A DNA stretch of 64,000 nt from assembly GCA_965262725.1 (NCBI GenBank), contig OZ253555.1:2240001-2304000 (forward strand), given 5' to 3'. Of this stretch, positions 49,628-58,174 are shown piece by piece. The notes below the pieces were generated by a model, which was given only the letters and a program-made list of their open reading frames with translations, was not told the DNA's origin and ran no database searches. How positions within the stretch are numbered: position 1 is the first letter of the stretch; every line of letters starts with the position of its first letter. The position numbers and the translations under genes are program-made. Source of the DNA: Dehalococcoidia bacterium (GTDB lineage Bacteria; Chloroflexota; Dehalococcoidia; UBA2979).

Positions 49628-50815
49628 ATGACGGCCGCACTCGCGGGTGTGCGCGTGCTGGAGCTGGTGCCGACGCGCCAGAGCGCCTATGCGACGCGGA
49701 TGCTCGCCGACATGGGCGCGCTCGTGACCCTGGTCGAGCCGCCCGCGGGGACGGCGCTCTCCGCGGCGCGCTTTGAGCACGAACTCGACCGCATCACCTT
49801 CCACGCGCGCAAGCAGAGCGTGGTGCTCGACATCGAGCGGGAGCAGTCCCGCGGGATCCTGGGGCGCCTCACGGCGGAGGCCGATGTCGTGGTGCGGAGC
49901 GTCGGCGAGGCGACCGCGGAGCGACTCGGCATCGACGAGGAATCACTGCGAGCGCTGAACGGCCGGGTCGTCTATGCGGTCTGCTCCGGCTTCGGACCGC
50001 GGGGGGATCTCGCGGACGCGCCCGCCACCGACATCAACGCTCAGGGCGCGGGCGGCTACATGGCTCGTTCCGGCTTCGAGGGCGAGCCGCCGCTCCCCGC
50101 CGGCGCGGTGATCGCGAGCTCGACCGGCGCCATGTACCTCTGCTCGGGCATCCTGGCCGCGCTCATCCGCGCCGGGCGAACCGGAGTCGGAGGGCGCGTC
50201 GATGTCTCGCTCTACGGCGCTCAGATCGGCATCCAGTCCTGGGAGCTCGACTCCCAGTCCGTGCGCGGGATCGTGAGCCCGCGCATCGGGCGCGGGCACC
50301 CCGACATCAGCGACTACACGCTCTGCCACGTCTTCGAGGCGAAGGACGGCTGGATCACGCTGGCCGGCATGGGCTCGCCGCGCTGGGAGGCGCTCTGCGG
50401 GCTGCTGGGGCTGAGCGAGCTCCAGGGGCAGTTCATGCCCTACGGCGACCGCTCGAAGTGGGCCGTGAGCATGGCGGAGGTGCTCGAGATTCTCGGCGAG
50501 CACTTCCTGCTGCGGACCCGCGCGGAGTGGCTGGAGGCGTTCGAGCGCGTCGGCGTCACCGGCGGGTCGGCACAGACGCACGAGGAGATCCTGGGTGAGC
50601 CGCAGGCCCGGGCCAACGGCTACATGACCGAGATGGCCCATCCCACGCTCGGACCGATCACGGTCGTGGGCTCTCCCTACGTCTACGGCGGCGAGCCGGC
50701 GACACCGCCGCCTCCGCCGCCAGCGCCCGGCGCCGACACGGAGCGCCGCCTCGCGGAGCTCGGCGTGGCGGCGGGCGAGGTTGCTGCTCTGCGGGGAGAG
50801 GGGGTGCTTGGATGA
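49628..50815 (+). CDS. Family III CoA-transferase, pair 3 upstream subunit (catalytic Asp replaced by Ser)
   Basis: LAGVRVLE, MLADMGA, KQSV, GAVIASSTG, DVSLYGAQIGIQSWE, FEAKDGW. Confidence 0.88.
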   Translation: MTAALAGVRVLELVPTRQSAYATRMLADMGALVTLVEPPAGTALSAARFEHELDRITFHARKQSVVLDIEREQSRGILGRLTAEADVVVRSVGEATAERLGIDEESLRALNGRVVYAVCSGFGPRGDLADAPATDINAQGAGGYMARSGFEGEPPLPAGAVIASSTGAMYLCSGILAALIRAGRTGVGGRVDVSLYGAQIGIQSWELDSQSVRGIVSPRIGRGHPDISDYTLCHVFEAKDGWITLAGMGSPRWEALCGLLGLSELQGQFMPYGDRSKWAVSMAEVLEILGEHFLLRTRAEWLEAFERVGVTGGSAQTHEEILGEPQARANGYMTEMAHPTLGPITVVGSPYVYGGEPATPPPPPPAPGADTERRLAELGVAAGEVAALRGEGVLG

Positions 50816-51996
50816 ACCGGCCGCTGGATGGAGTTCGCGTTCTCGACTTCTCGATCGCCCAGCAGGGGCCGCATTCGATGATGATGCTCGCCCAGATGGG
50901 AGCCGAGGTGATCCGCGTCGACCGGAGCGGGCCGGGTGTTCCACCCGCGCGCCCGCCCTCTCGGGATCACCACATGGTCGGATTCTCGTTTGCCCACGCG
51001 CTCGGTAAGAGGAGCATCGCCGTCGACGTGCGTCGGCCGGAGGGCCGCACGATCGTGCTCCGACTCGCCGCGACGGCGGACATCGTCACGAGCAACTTCC
51101 GGCCGGGCGTCATGGAGAAGCTCGGACTCGGCTTCGAGGACATGCGAACCGCGAACCCCCGCATCGTCTACGCGACGGGAAGCGGTTGGGGCCGGCTTGG
51201 CCCGTACCCGCAGCGAACCTCGCTCGACATGGCGGCACAGGCCGCCGGGGGGATGGTGTGGCTCTCTGGCTACGAGGGCCGGGCGCCCGCGCCGGCCAGC
51301 TGCGCCATCGCCGACCAGGTGGGAGCTCTCACGCTGTGCGCCGGCGCGCTCTCCGCCCTCGTCCGCGCCGATCGCACCGGCGAGGCCGTGCAGGTCGACA
51401 CATCGCTCTACGGGGGCGGCGCGGCGCTGCAGGCCTGGGAGATGAACGCGTCGTCGCTTCAAGGGCGAACGGTCCGCTCCGGCGACGCACATACCGTTCT
51501 TCGGCCGCGGGGGTCGGTCGGGCGGGCGTTCGAGACCTCCGATGGGTGGATCACGATCGCTGCCGAGGATGCCCCCACCTTCGCGCGCCTCTGTGAAGCC
51601 ATCGACACTCCCGACCTGGCCGAACGCTACCCGCACGACGAGGCCCGCTCGGCCGGAATCGACGCCATCGAGCGGCGTCTCGCCGAGCTGCTCGCGTCGC
51701 GGCCGGCGGAGCACTGGCTCGCGGCGCTCCGCGAGCGGGAGGTGCCCGCGGGACGTGTGCAGAGCTTCGCCGAGGTCCTTGCCGACCCGCAGGCGCGCGC
51801 CAACGGCTACATCGGGCGCACCGCGCACCCCGACTTCGGTGAGATCGACGTGGCGGGCCTTCCGATCCTCTTCGAGCGCGAGCCGGTCGCGCCCCCGCCC
51901 CCGGCCCGGCCGGGCGCCGACACGGAGGCATACCTCCAGGAGGTCGGCTACAGGTCCGACGAGATCGAGCGGCTGCGGGACGACGGCGTGATCTGA
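50812..51996 (+). CDS. Family III CoA-transferase, pair 3 downstream subunit
   Basis: DFSIAQQGPH, GKRSI, NFRPGVMEKLGLG, IADQVG. Confidence 0.93.
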   Translation: MNRPLDGVRVLDFSIAQQGPHSMMMLAQMGAEVIRVDRSGPGVPPARPPSRDHHMVGFSFAHALGKRSIAVDVRRPEGRTIVLRLAATADIVTSNFRPGVMEKLGLGFEDMRTANPRIVYATGSGWGRLGPYPQRTSLDMAAQAAGGMVWLSGYEGRAPAPASCAIADQVGALTLCAGALSALVRADRTGEAVQVDTSLYGGGAALQAWEMNASSLQGRTVRSGDAHTVLRPRGSVGRAFETSDGWITIAAEDAPTFARLCEAIDTPDLAERYPHDEARSAGIDAIERRLAELLASRPAEHWLAALREREVPAGRVQSFAEVLADPQARANGYIGRTAHPDFGEIDVAGLPILFEREPVAPPPPARPGADTEAYLQEVGYRSDEIERLRDDGVI

Positions 51997-52037
51997 CCGC
52001 CAACCCCGGCGAACAGGCATTCAGGAAGGAGACGACC

Positions 52038-52688
52038 ATGGCGACAAGCGAGGGATCGCCCGCCTATCCGGCGCGCCTGGAGATCGACTACCCCGAGCGA
52101 CTCAACCGCTTGACCACGGTGTTCCGGCTGATCTGGATCATCCCGATCCTCGCCGTGGCAGGAATACTCAGCGGCACCGGAAACCAGTGGGTGGTCACCG
52201 ATTCGGGTGAGTGGGTCCAGGGATCCGCCGGCGGCTTCAGCGCCGGACTCTTTCTCGCGACGCTCCTGATGATCCTCTTCCGCCACCGCTACCCGCGGTG
52301 GTGGTTCGACTTCGCGCTCGAACTCACACGCTTCAGCACGAGGATCTTCGCCTACTTCGCCCTCCTGACAGATCGGTACCCCTCTACGACGGATGAGCAG
52401 TCGGTGCATCTCGACGTCGACTACCCGGACGCGGAGCGCGATCTCAACCGCGGGCTGCCTCTCATCAAGTGGCTGCTGGCCCTCCCGCACTGGCTCATCC
52501 TGAGCCTCCTCTCCATCCTCGCGATGTTCGCGATCGTCATCGCCTGGGTCGCGATCCTGTTCACGGGCCGGTATCCGCGGGGACTCTTCACCTTCGTCGC
52601 CGGGGTCGCCCGCTGGGGGCTCCGCGTGTCGGCCTACTCCCTCCTCCTGGTCACCGACCGCTACCCGCCGTTCCGCCTTGAGTCGTAG
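52038..52688 (+). CDS. DUF4389 membrane protein
   Basis: Two internal repeats: YPERLNRL...ILFRHRYPRWWFDF...LLTDRYP and LNRGLPLIKWLL...ILFTGRYPRGLF...TDRYPPF; AGGAAGGAG RBS. Confidence 0.88.
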   Translation: MATSEGSPAYPARLEIDYPERLNRLTTVFRLIWIIPILAVAGILSGTGNQWVVTDSGEWVQGSAGGFSAGLFLATLLMILFRHRYPRWWFDFALELTRFSTRIFAYFALLTDRYPSTTDEQSVHLDVDYPDAERDLNRGLPLIKWLLALPHWLILSLLSILAMFAIVIAWVAILFTGRYPRGLFTFVAGVARWGLRVSAYSLLLVTDRYPPFRLES

Positions 52689-52817
52689 GGGCGGCGAGCC
52701 GCGCGGCGCCTCGTGGCATAGTGCGGACGCCGTGTCTACCGTGAGGCGCCGCGCAGGAGTGGGAGCGAAGCACGGGGGAACCGTCACGACCGGCCACGGC
52801 CGTATTGTGAGCCGTGC

Positions 52818-53771
52818 GTGAGCGAGGAGCCGGTCCCGCAGGATCCGCGAGGGGACGCGGCCCCGCCGGCACCGCCCGCAGGGCCCGACCCCGCCCCCGG
52901 GGCCGACCGGCCCACCTGGTCCTACTTCCTCACGCCGATCGCGGTCCTGATCGGTGCCACCGCCATCATCGCCGCCGTCGTCGCGACCGATCGCGGCGAT
53001 GACTCCGCGGCCTCCCTCGCGCCCACGCTCGAGTCGCTCTCGGCGACCGCCGGGTCGCTCTCCGCCACGGCGCGCTCGCTCTCCGACACAGCCGAGTCCC
53101 TCTCCGGCGGCGCCCAGCCGACCCGCGCCGCGCCGGGAACTCCCGCCACGCTCCGTGGCGCGGTGAGGGACTACGCAGCGTCGCTGGGCCTCGACGTCGC
53201 CCTCTTCGACGAGTGCCTCGCGGCGGCAGCCCCCTACGAGGTGATCAGCGCGCGGCTCCAGCTCGGGGTCGACCTCGGCGTCAGGGCCACGCCGACCTTC
53301 TTCGTCAACAACAAGCTGATCGCCGGCGCGCAGCCAGCCTCCGTCTTCGCCGAGGTCATCGCCGCCGAGCTCGCGGGCGCCCCGACGAGCATCGACGACT
53401 ACTCGCCGGTGATCCGGCAGCTCGCGGAGCGGGATCCACCCAGCTTCGTCATCCACTCCGAGCGGCCCGACCTCGCCGGCGCGTTCATCGAGGGAGATCC
53501 CGACGCCCCGGTGGTGATCGTCGAGTTCAGTGACTTCCAGTGCCCCTTCTGCCAGCGCTGGTACTACGATTCCCTGCCGGCCATTCGGACGCTCGTGGGC
53601 GACGACGTCGCACTCGCGTTCTCCCACTTCCCGCTCACGCAGATCCATCCCAACGCGGCCGGCGCCCACGTCGCCGCCGAATGCGCCGGGGCACAGGACC
53701 GGTTCTGGGAGATGCACGACCTCCTCTACGAGAAGCAGGAGGAGTGGGCGAGCCTCCCGGACACGGGCTGA
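52818..53771 (+). CDS. Membrane-anchored DsbA-family thiol-disulfide oxidoreductase with permuted domain order
   Basis: TM anchor; GVRATPTFFVN..I.GAQP precedes GDPDAPVVIVEFSDFQCPFC...HFPL..IHPNA...AAECA..Q..FWEMHD. Confidence 0.9.
   Translation: MSEEPVPQDPRGDAAPPAPPAGPDPAPGADRPTWSYFLTPIAVLIGATAIIAAVVATDRGDDSAASLAPTLESLSATAGSLSATARSLSDTAESLSGGAQPTRAAPGTPATLRGAVRDYAASLGLDVALFDECLAAAAPYEVISARLQLGVDLGVRATPTFFVNNKLIAGAQPASVFAEVIAAELAGAPTSIDDYSPVIRQLAERDPPSFVIHSERPDLAGAFIEGDPDAPVVIVEFSDFQCPFCQRWYYDSLPAIRTLVGDDVALAFSHFPLTQIHPNAAGAHVAAECAGAQDRFWEMHDLLYEKQEEWASLPDTG
53034..53105 (+). repeat. 21-bp (heptad) tandem repeat inside the DsbA stalk
   Basis: TCGCTCT at 53034, 53055, 53076 and TCCCTCT at 53097: SLSATAG SLSATAR SLSDTAE SLS. 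Confidence 0.75.
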
Positions 53772-53775
53772 CCCG

Positions 53776-54675
53776 GTGGACTTCGACCGCGAGCATGACC
53801 GTCGCGTTCGGGAGGCGGCGTTCGCCTGGCTTGATCGGCTGGAGTGGATCCACGGGGAAGTGCTCCCCCGCCGCGAGCTCCAGAACGGGTTTCCGCTGCG
53901 CGGGGAGCGCGTCCACCTGGTGAGTCCACAGGGGATCTTCACGCCGAGAACGCTCGCGGCTCCCCTCTCGATCCTGACCGTCCACGACAGCCCCTACGCG
54001 GACGAGCGCAGCCCGTCCGGCCTCTTCCGCTACATGTACCGCGGCACCGATCCCGCGCACCGCGACAACGTCGGCCTCCGCTTCGCGATGGAGCAGCGCC
54101 TTCCCCTGGTCTACTTCCTCGCCGTGGCGAGGGGGAGATACCAGGCGCTCCGGCCGGCGCACGTGCTGGACGAGTCGCGGAACGATCGGTCGTTCTGGAT
54201 CGGGATCGGCGAGCCCGCGGATCCGTTCGCGCCCGCCGAGCCGTCCGATCTCAGGCACTACGCCACCACGGAGGCGCTCCAGCGTCTGCACCAGGGGCGC
54301 TTCCGTGAGCGCGTGCTCGACGCCTACCGCGAGCGCTGCGCCTTCTGCAGCCTCCGGCACCGGGAGCTGCTCGATGCCGCCCACATCATTCCCGACAGCG
54401 AACCCGGGGGCGTCCCGGAGGTGCGCAACGGCATCGCGCTCTGCCGTCTCCATCACGCCACGTTCGATCGCTACGTCGTCGGCATCCGGCCGCGCGATCA
54501 CGTGATCACGGTGCGCCCGGACGTGATGGAGGAGGAGGACGGCCCGACCCTGCGCTATGCAATCCAGGGACTGGACGGGCAGCGCATGGCTCTGCCGCCG
54601 CGCCCCGGCGACAGGCCGGGGCGCGAGTTCCTCGAGACGCGGTACGAGCGCTTCCTGGCCGTCGCACCGTCCTGA
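53776..54675 (+). CDS. HNH endonuclease with SRA-like N-terminal domain (putative restriction enzyme)
   Basis: RLHQGRFRERVLDAYRERCAFC, LDAAHII, NGIALCRLHHATFD; N-domain PYAD...YMYRG...DNVGL..AM...PLVYF. Confidence 0.85.
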   Translation: MDFDREHDRRVREAAFAWLDRLEWIHGEVLPRRELQNGFPLRGERVHLVSPQGIFTPRTLAAPLSILTVHDSPYADERSPSGLFRYMYRGTDPAHRDNVGLRFAMEQRLPLVYFLAVARGRYQALRPAHVLDESRNDRSFWIGIGEPADPFAPAEPSDLRHYATTEALQRLHQGRFRERVLDAYRERCAFCSLRHRELLDAAHIIPDSEPGGVPEVRNGIALCRLHHATFDRYVVGIRPRDHVITVRPDVMEEEDGPTLRYAIQGLDGQRMALPPRPGDRPGREFLETRYERFLAVAPS

Positions 54676-54794
54676 GGGTGCCGCCCCGGGGGCTCCGGTC
54701 GCTCCGCCCTGGCTCCACGCGCCCTGTGCCGGTCGTGTGCGCCGCGGAACGCGACCAGCGGTGCACACGGGGGGAGGGGGCTCCGCAGGGATGG

Positions 54795-54870
54795 TGGTGC
54801 CGAGGGCCGGAATCGAACCGGCGACACCACGATTTTCAGTCGTGTGCTCTACCGACTGAGCTACCTCGGC
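54795..54870 (-). tRNA. tRNA-Phe (GAA)
   Basis: GCCGAGGTAGCTCAGTCGGTAGAGCACACGACTGAAAATCGTGGTGTCGCCGGTTCGATTCCGGCCCTCGGCACCA: 76 nt, cloverleaf, encoded CCA. Confidence 0.98.
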
Positions 54871-54943
54871 GTAGCGCTGAATGTAGCGAGTGGCGGCGAT
54901 GCGGGCCAGCGCGCGGCGCCGCCGCGGGAGCCGGGAGGGGCTC

Positions 54944-55519
54944 TCAGTGCCAGATCATGGCCGCGCGGGCGCTCTCCTGCTCCCGCTCGCTCTTCTCGGC
55001 CCAGCGCGCGAGGAAGTCGCCGCCGATCCGTCCGCGCGCGTCGGCCCAGCGCATCGGACGGCGCGCCTCGCCCGCGGCTCCGAGGCGCGCGCGCTCGCGC
55101 ACGGCCACCAGGTAGGCGGTCGAGTCCCCGAGGGCGACGGCGTCGAGAGCCTCGCAGGCGAGATAGCCGACCCCCTCCGTGAAGAGCGGGTCCCCCGCCG
55201 CCGTGGTCCGGAGCGGAAGGCCCGAGAGCTTCTCGCTGTCTCGCCCGGAGCGCAGTCCGAGCGGCTCGAGCAGCTCCAGCTGGTCCTCCGCGAGCAGCGT
55301 GACGGCGAGCGTGCCCGACTCCAGGACGAGATCGTGGGTGAGGGTCGTGCGGCTGAGGACGACGAGCAGCCGCGGCCGCTCCGGCACGATCGACGCCCCG
55401 AAGACGGAGACGCAGATCTGCGCGTTGAGCCGCCCGGCAGCGTCGTGGCTCCCCACGGCGCAGAGCGGCGCCCAGAACTCCGAGAGCAGGTCGGGAAGCT
55501 CCGGGGCGCCCGGGCTCAC
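54944..55519 (-). CDS. Flavin reductase-like protein
   Basis: AVGSHDAAGRLNAQ, ASIVPERP, THDLVLESGTLAV, GLRSGRDSEK, LGDST; GTG overlaps the hisN stop. Confidence 0.8.
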   Translation of the reverse strand: MSPGAPELPDLLSEFWAPLCAVGSHDAAGRLNAQICVSVFGASIVPERPRLLVVLSRTTLTHDLVLESGTLAVTLLAEDQLELLEPLGLRSGRDSEKLSGLPLRTTAAGDPLFTEGVGYLACEALDAVALGDSTAYLVAVRERARLGAAGEARRPMRWADARGRIGGDFLARWAEKSEREQESARAAMIWH

Positions 55520-56367
55520 GGCGTGGCGCGGGGGCCCGGGGACGGGGGCGGAGGTTGCTGCTCGCCCCGGAGCACGCGCAGCGCCGGCCCGTGCAGGGCG
55601 CCGTTTGAGCTGATCGCGTGGGGGATCCCGAGATCCGCGCGCCCGTCGACGTCGGTCAGGTGCCCTCCCGCCTCCTCCAGGATCGGGCCGAGCGCGGCGA
55701 TGTCCCACGCCGCGACCGCCGGGTCGAGCATCAGCTCGGCCGAGCCCTCGGCGACGAGCAGGTGCCCCCAGCAGTCGCCGTAGCCGCGCTGGCGCCAGCT
55801 CGCCTCGAGCAGCAGGGCGGCGCGGCCGCCCCACGTCCGCGCCATCAGCCGGTAGGAGCCGAAGACGATGTGGGCGTCCTCGATGCGGTCGACGGCGGAG
55901 ACGTGGATCCGCTCGCCTCCACGCGCTGCGCCCCGGCCCTCAAGGGACCGGCTGCGGTAGGCACCGAGCCCGCGCCCCGCCCACCAGCGCGCGCCGAGCG
56001 CCGGCGCCGACGCCACCCCTACCTCCACGACACCCCTGCGCTCGCAGGCGATGAGCGTCCCCCAGACCGGCACGCCTCGTGCGAAGGAATGCGTCCCGTC
56101 TATCGGGTCGAGGATCCAGCGCGCCGGCGCATCCGGCGCCCCGCCGAGACCCTCCTCTTCCCCGAGCACGGCGTGCCCGGGGAAGCTCCTCCCGATGCGG
56201 ATCCGGAGCTCGCGCTCCGCCGCCTCGTCGGCAGCCGTCACCAGCGACCCGTCCGGCTTGCGGCGAACCGGCGCCCCACCGCGGAAGGCCGGCAGCGTGA
56301 CGGCATCCGCCGCGTCGGCCAGCTCGAGCGCGAACGAGAGCAGATCGCGCGTGGTCGGCTCGCTCAC
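55516..56367 (-). CDS. hisN: Histidinol-phosphatase (inositol monophosphatase family)
   Basis: [45 protein letters not shown]; lies in the his operon. Confidence 0.88.
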   Translation of the reverse strand: MSEPTTRDLLSFALELADAADAVTLPAFRGGAPVRRKPDGSLVTAADEAAERELRIRIGRSFPGHAVLGEEEGLGGAPDAPARWILDPIDGTHSFARGVPVWGTLIACERRGVVEVGVASAPALGARWWAGRGLGAYRSRSLEGRGAARGGERIHVSAVDRIEDAHIVFGSYRLMARTWGGRAALLLEASWRQRGYGDCWGHLLVAEGSAELMLDPAVAAWDIAALGPILEEAGGHLTDVDGRADLGIPHAISSNGALHGPALRVLRGEQQPPPPSPGPRATP

Positions 56368-56987
56368 GCGGTGAGCGTCCCCTTCGTGGAGGGGATCTGG
56401 CCGGCGAGGCGCTCGTCGATGCGCGTGGCGGCGTCGAGGGCGCGGCCGAGCGCCTTCATCGCCGCCTCGGCGACGTGGTGGTCGTTGGCGCCGGCGAGCT
56501 GTCGCACGTGCACCGTCGCCCGGGCGCCCACGGCGAAGGAGCCGAGCACGTGCGAGACGAGCTCGGTCGGTGCCTCGCCGATCCGCTCCCCCGTGAACTC
56601 GAGATCGACGGCGGCGTAGGGGCGGCCCGAGAGGTCGATCGCCACGTGCACGAGCGCCTCGTCCAGGGGGACGGTGGCGTCGCCCATGCGCACGATTCCC
56701 GCGCGCTCCCCGAGCGCCCCGTCGAAGGCCTGACCCAGCGCGAGCGCGACGTCCTCCATCGTGTGGTGCGCGTCGACCTCGAGGTCGCCCTCGGCGCGTA
56801 CGTCGAGGTCGAAGCGGCCGTGGCGCGCGAAGGCCTCGACCATGTGGTCGAGGAATCCCACGCCGGTGCTCGCCGACGCGGCGCCCGAGCCGTCGACGTC
56901 GAGCTCAACCGTGACGCGGGTCTCGCCCGTCTCGCGCTCAAGCGACGCCCGGCGCCCGCCGGCCGCCGCTGCGTTCTCCTGGGTCAT
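56364..56987 (-). CDS. hisB: Imidazoleglycerol-phosphate dehydratase
   Basis: [47 protein letters not shown]. Confidence 0.97.
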   Translation of the reverse strand: MTQENAAAAGGRRASLERETGETRVTVELDVDGSGAASASTGVGFLDHMVEAFARHGRFDLDVRAEGDLEVDAHHTMEDVALALGQAFDGALGERAGIVRMGDATVPLDEALVHVAIDLSGRPYAAVDLEFTGERIGEAPTELVSHVLGSFAVGARATVHVRQLAGANDHHVAEAAMKALGRALDAATRIDERLAGQIPSTKGTLTA

Positions 56988-58174
56988 CGCTCGTCCTCCG
57001 TCCGTCCCAGCTCGCCCGAGGCGGCTACCTCCCGGATCGCGCCGAGCAGCGCGTCGGTCTCCTCAGGACGCCCCGCGGAGATGCGCACGCACCGCTCGAG
57101 CCGCGCCGCCGCGAAGTGCCGCACGAGGACCCCGCGGCGGCGGAGCGCCTCGTAGAGCCTCCGACCCGCGTCCTCCGGCGCAGAACCGCCCCCGGGCGTC
57201 CCCGTCATCTCGACCAGCACGAAGTTCGCAGAGGATGGGTGCGACCTCAGCCACCCCGTCTCCGCGATCGCCGCGGCCATCCGGTCGCGCTCCGCGAGGA
57301 GTGCGCAGGCCCGCTCGTCGAGGAGGGTGCGCTCCTCGAGGCTCGCGAGCGCGGCCGCCTCCGCCGCGACGCTCACGGAGTACGGCTGCTTCACCACCAT
57401 CAGCGTCTCCGCCAGCTCCGGCGGCATCGCGGCGTAGCCGGCGCGGAGCCCCGCGAGACCGCCCCACTTGCTGAAAGTGCGCAGCACGACGAGCGGTGCG
57501 CCGGCCGCCGCCTCCTGGGCCATCGACGGCGTCTTCGTGAACTCGATGTACGCCTCGTCGAGCAGGAGCAACGCCCCGCTCCCCAGGAGCGCCTCCAGGA
57601 GCGCCCGCGGCGCCACACCACCGGTGGGGTTGTTGGGCGAGGCCAGCGCGACGAGCTTCGCCCGCCGCGCCTCGGCGAGCAGCTCCTCCTCGTCGAGCGA
57701 CCAGTCCGCCAGCCGCGGCACCTCTACGATCTCAGCACCGACCTGCCCGGCATCGAAAGCGTACATCCCGAAGGTCGGCGGCGCGACGACGACGCGGTCG
57801 CCGGGCCCCACCACGCAGCGGATGACAAGGTCTATGAGCTCGTCGGATCCCGCGCCGGCCACCACCGCCTCGGGTCGAACGCCGAGGTGGCGGCCCAGAG
57901 CCTCGTGCAGCCGCCTCTGCTCGGGATCGGGGTACCGGTGCGGCGCGACCCCTCGCAGCGCCCGAAGCGCCCCGGGCGAGGGCCCCTCGGGGTTCTCGTT
58001 CCCGTCGAGCTTCACCAGGCGCCGCGGGTCGAGGCCGTAGCGCGCCGCGACCTGCTCCGGCGACTCGATGGCCGCATAGGGCTCGACTGAGCGCAGCTGC
58101 GGGCGGAGCAGCCGCCTCGGGTCGGCGGGCACGGGTGGGTCGTTCCCCCGGCGGCCTGGCGTCCCGCTCATCAT
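56984..58174 (-). CDS. hisC: Histidinol-phosphate aminotransferase
   Basis: [55 protein letters not shown]. Confidence 0.95.
   Translation of the reverse strand: MMSGTPGRRGNDPPVPADPRRLLRPQLRSVEPYAAIESPEQVAARYGLDPRRLVKLDGNENPEGPSPGALRALRGVAPHRYPDPEQRRLHEALGRHLGVRPEAVVAGAGSDELIDLVIRCVVGPGDRVVVAPPTFGMYAFDAGQVGAEIVEVPRLADWSLDEEELLAEARRAKLVALASPNNPTGGVAPRALLEALLGSGALLLLDEAYIEFTKTPSMAQEAAAGAPLVVLRTFSKWGGLAGLRAGYAAMPPELAETLMVVKQPYSVSVAAEAAALASLEERTLLDERACALLAERDRMAAAIAETGWLRSHPSSANFVLVEMTGTPGGGSAPEDAGRRLYEALRRRGVLVRHFAAARLERCVRISAGRPEETDALLGAIREVAASGELGRTEDER

Noticed and set aside
31013-54870. Genomic island integrated at tRNA-Phe
   Set aside because: No integrase and no convincing duplicate of the tRNA 3' end found by eye (only a 10-bp match inside xseA at 7561)
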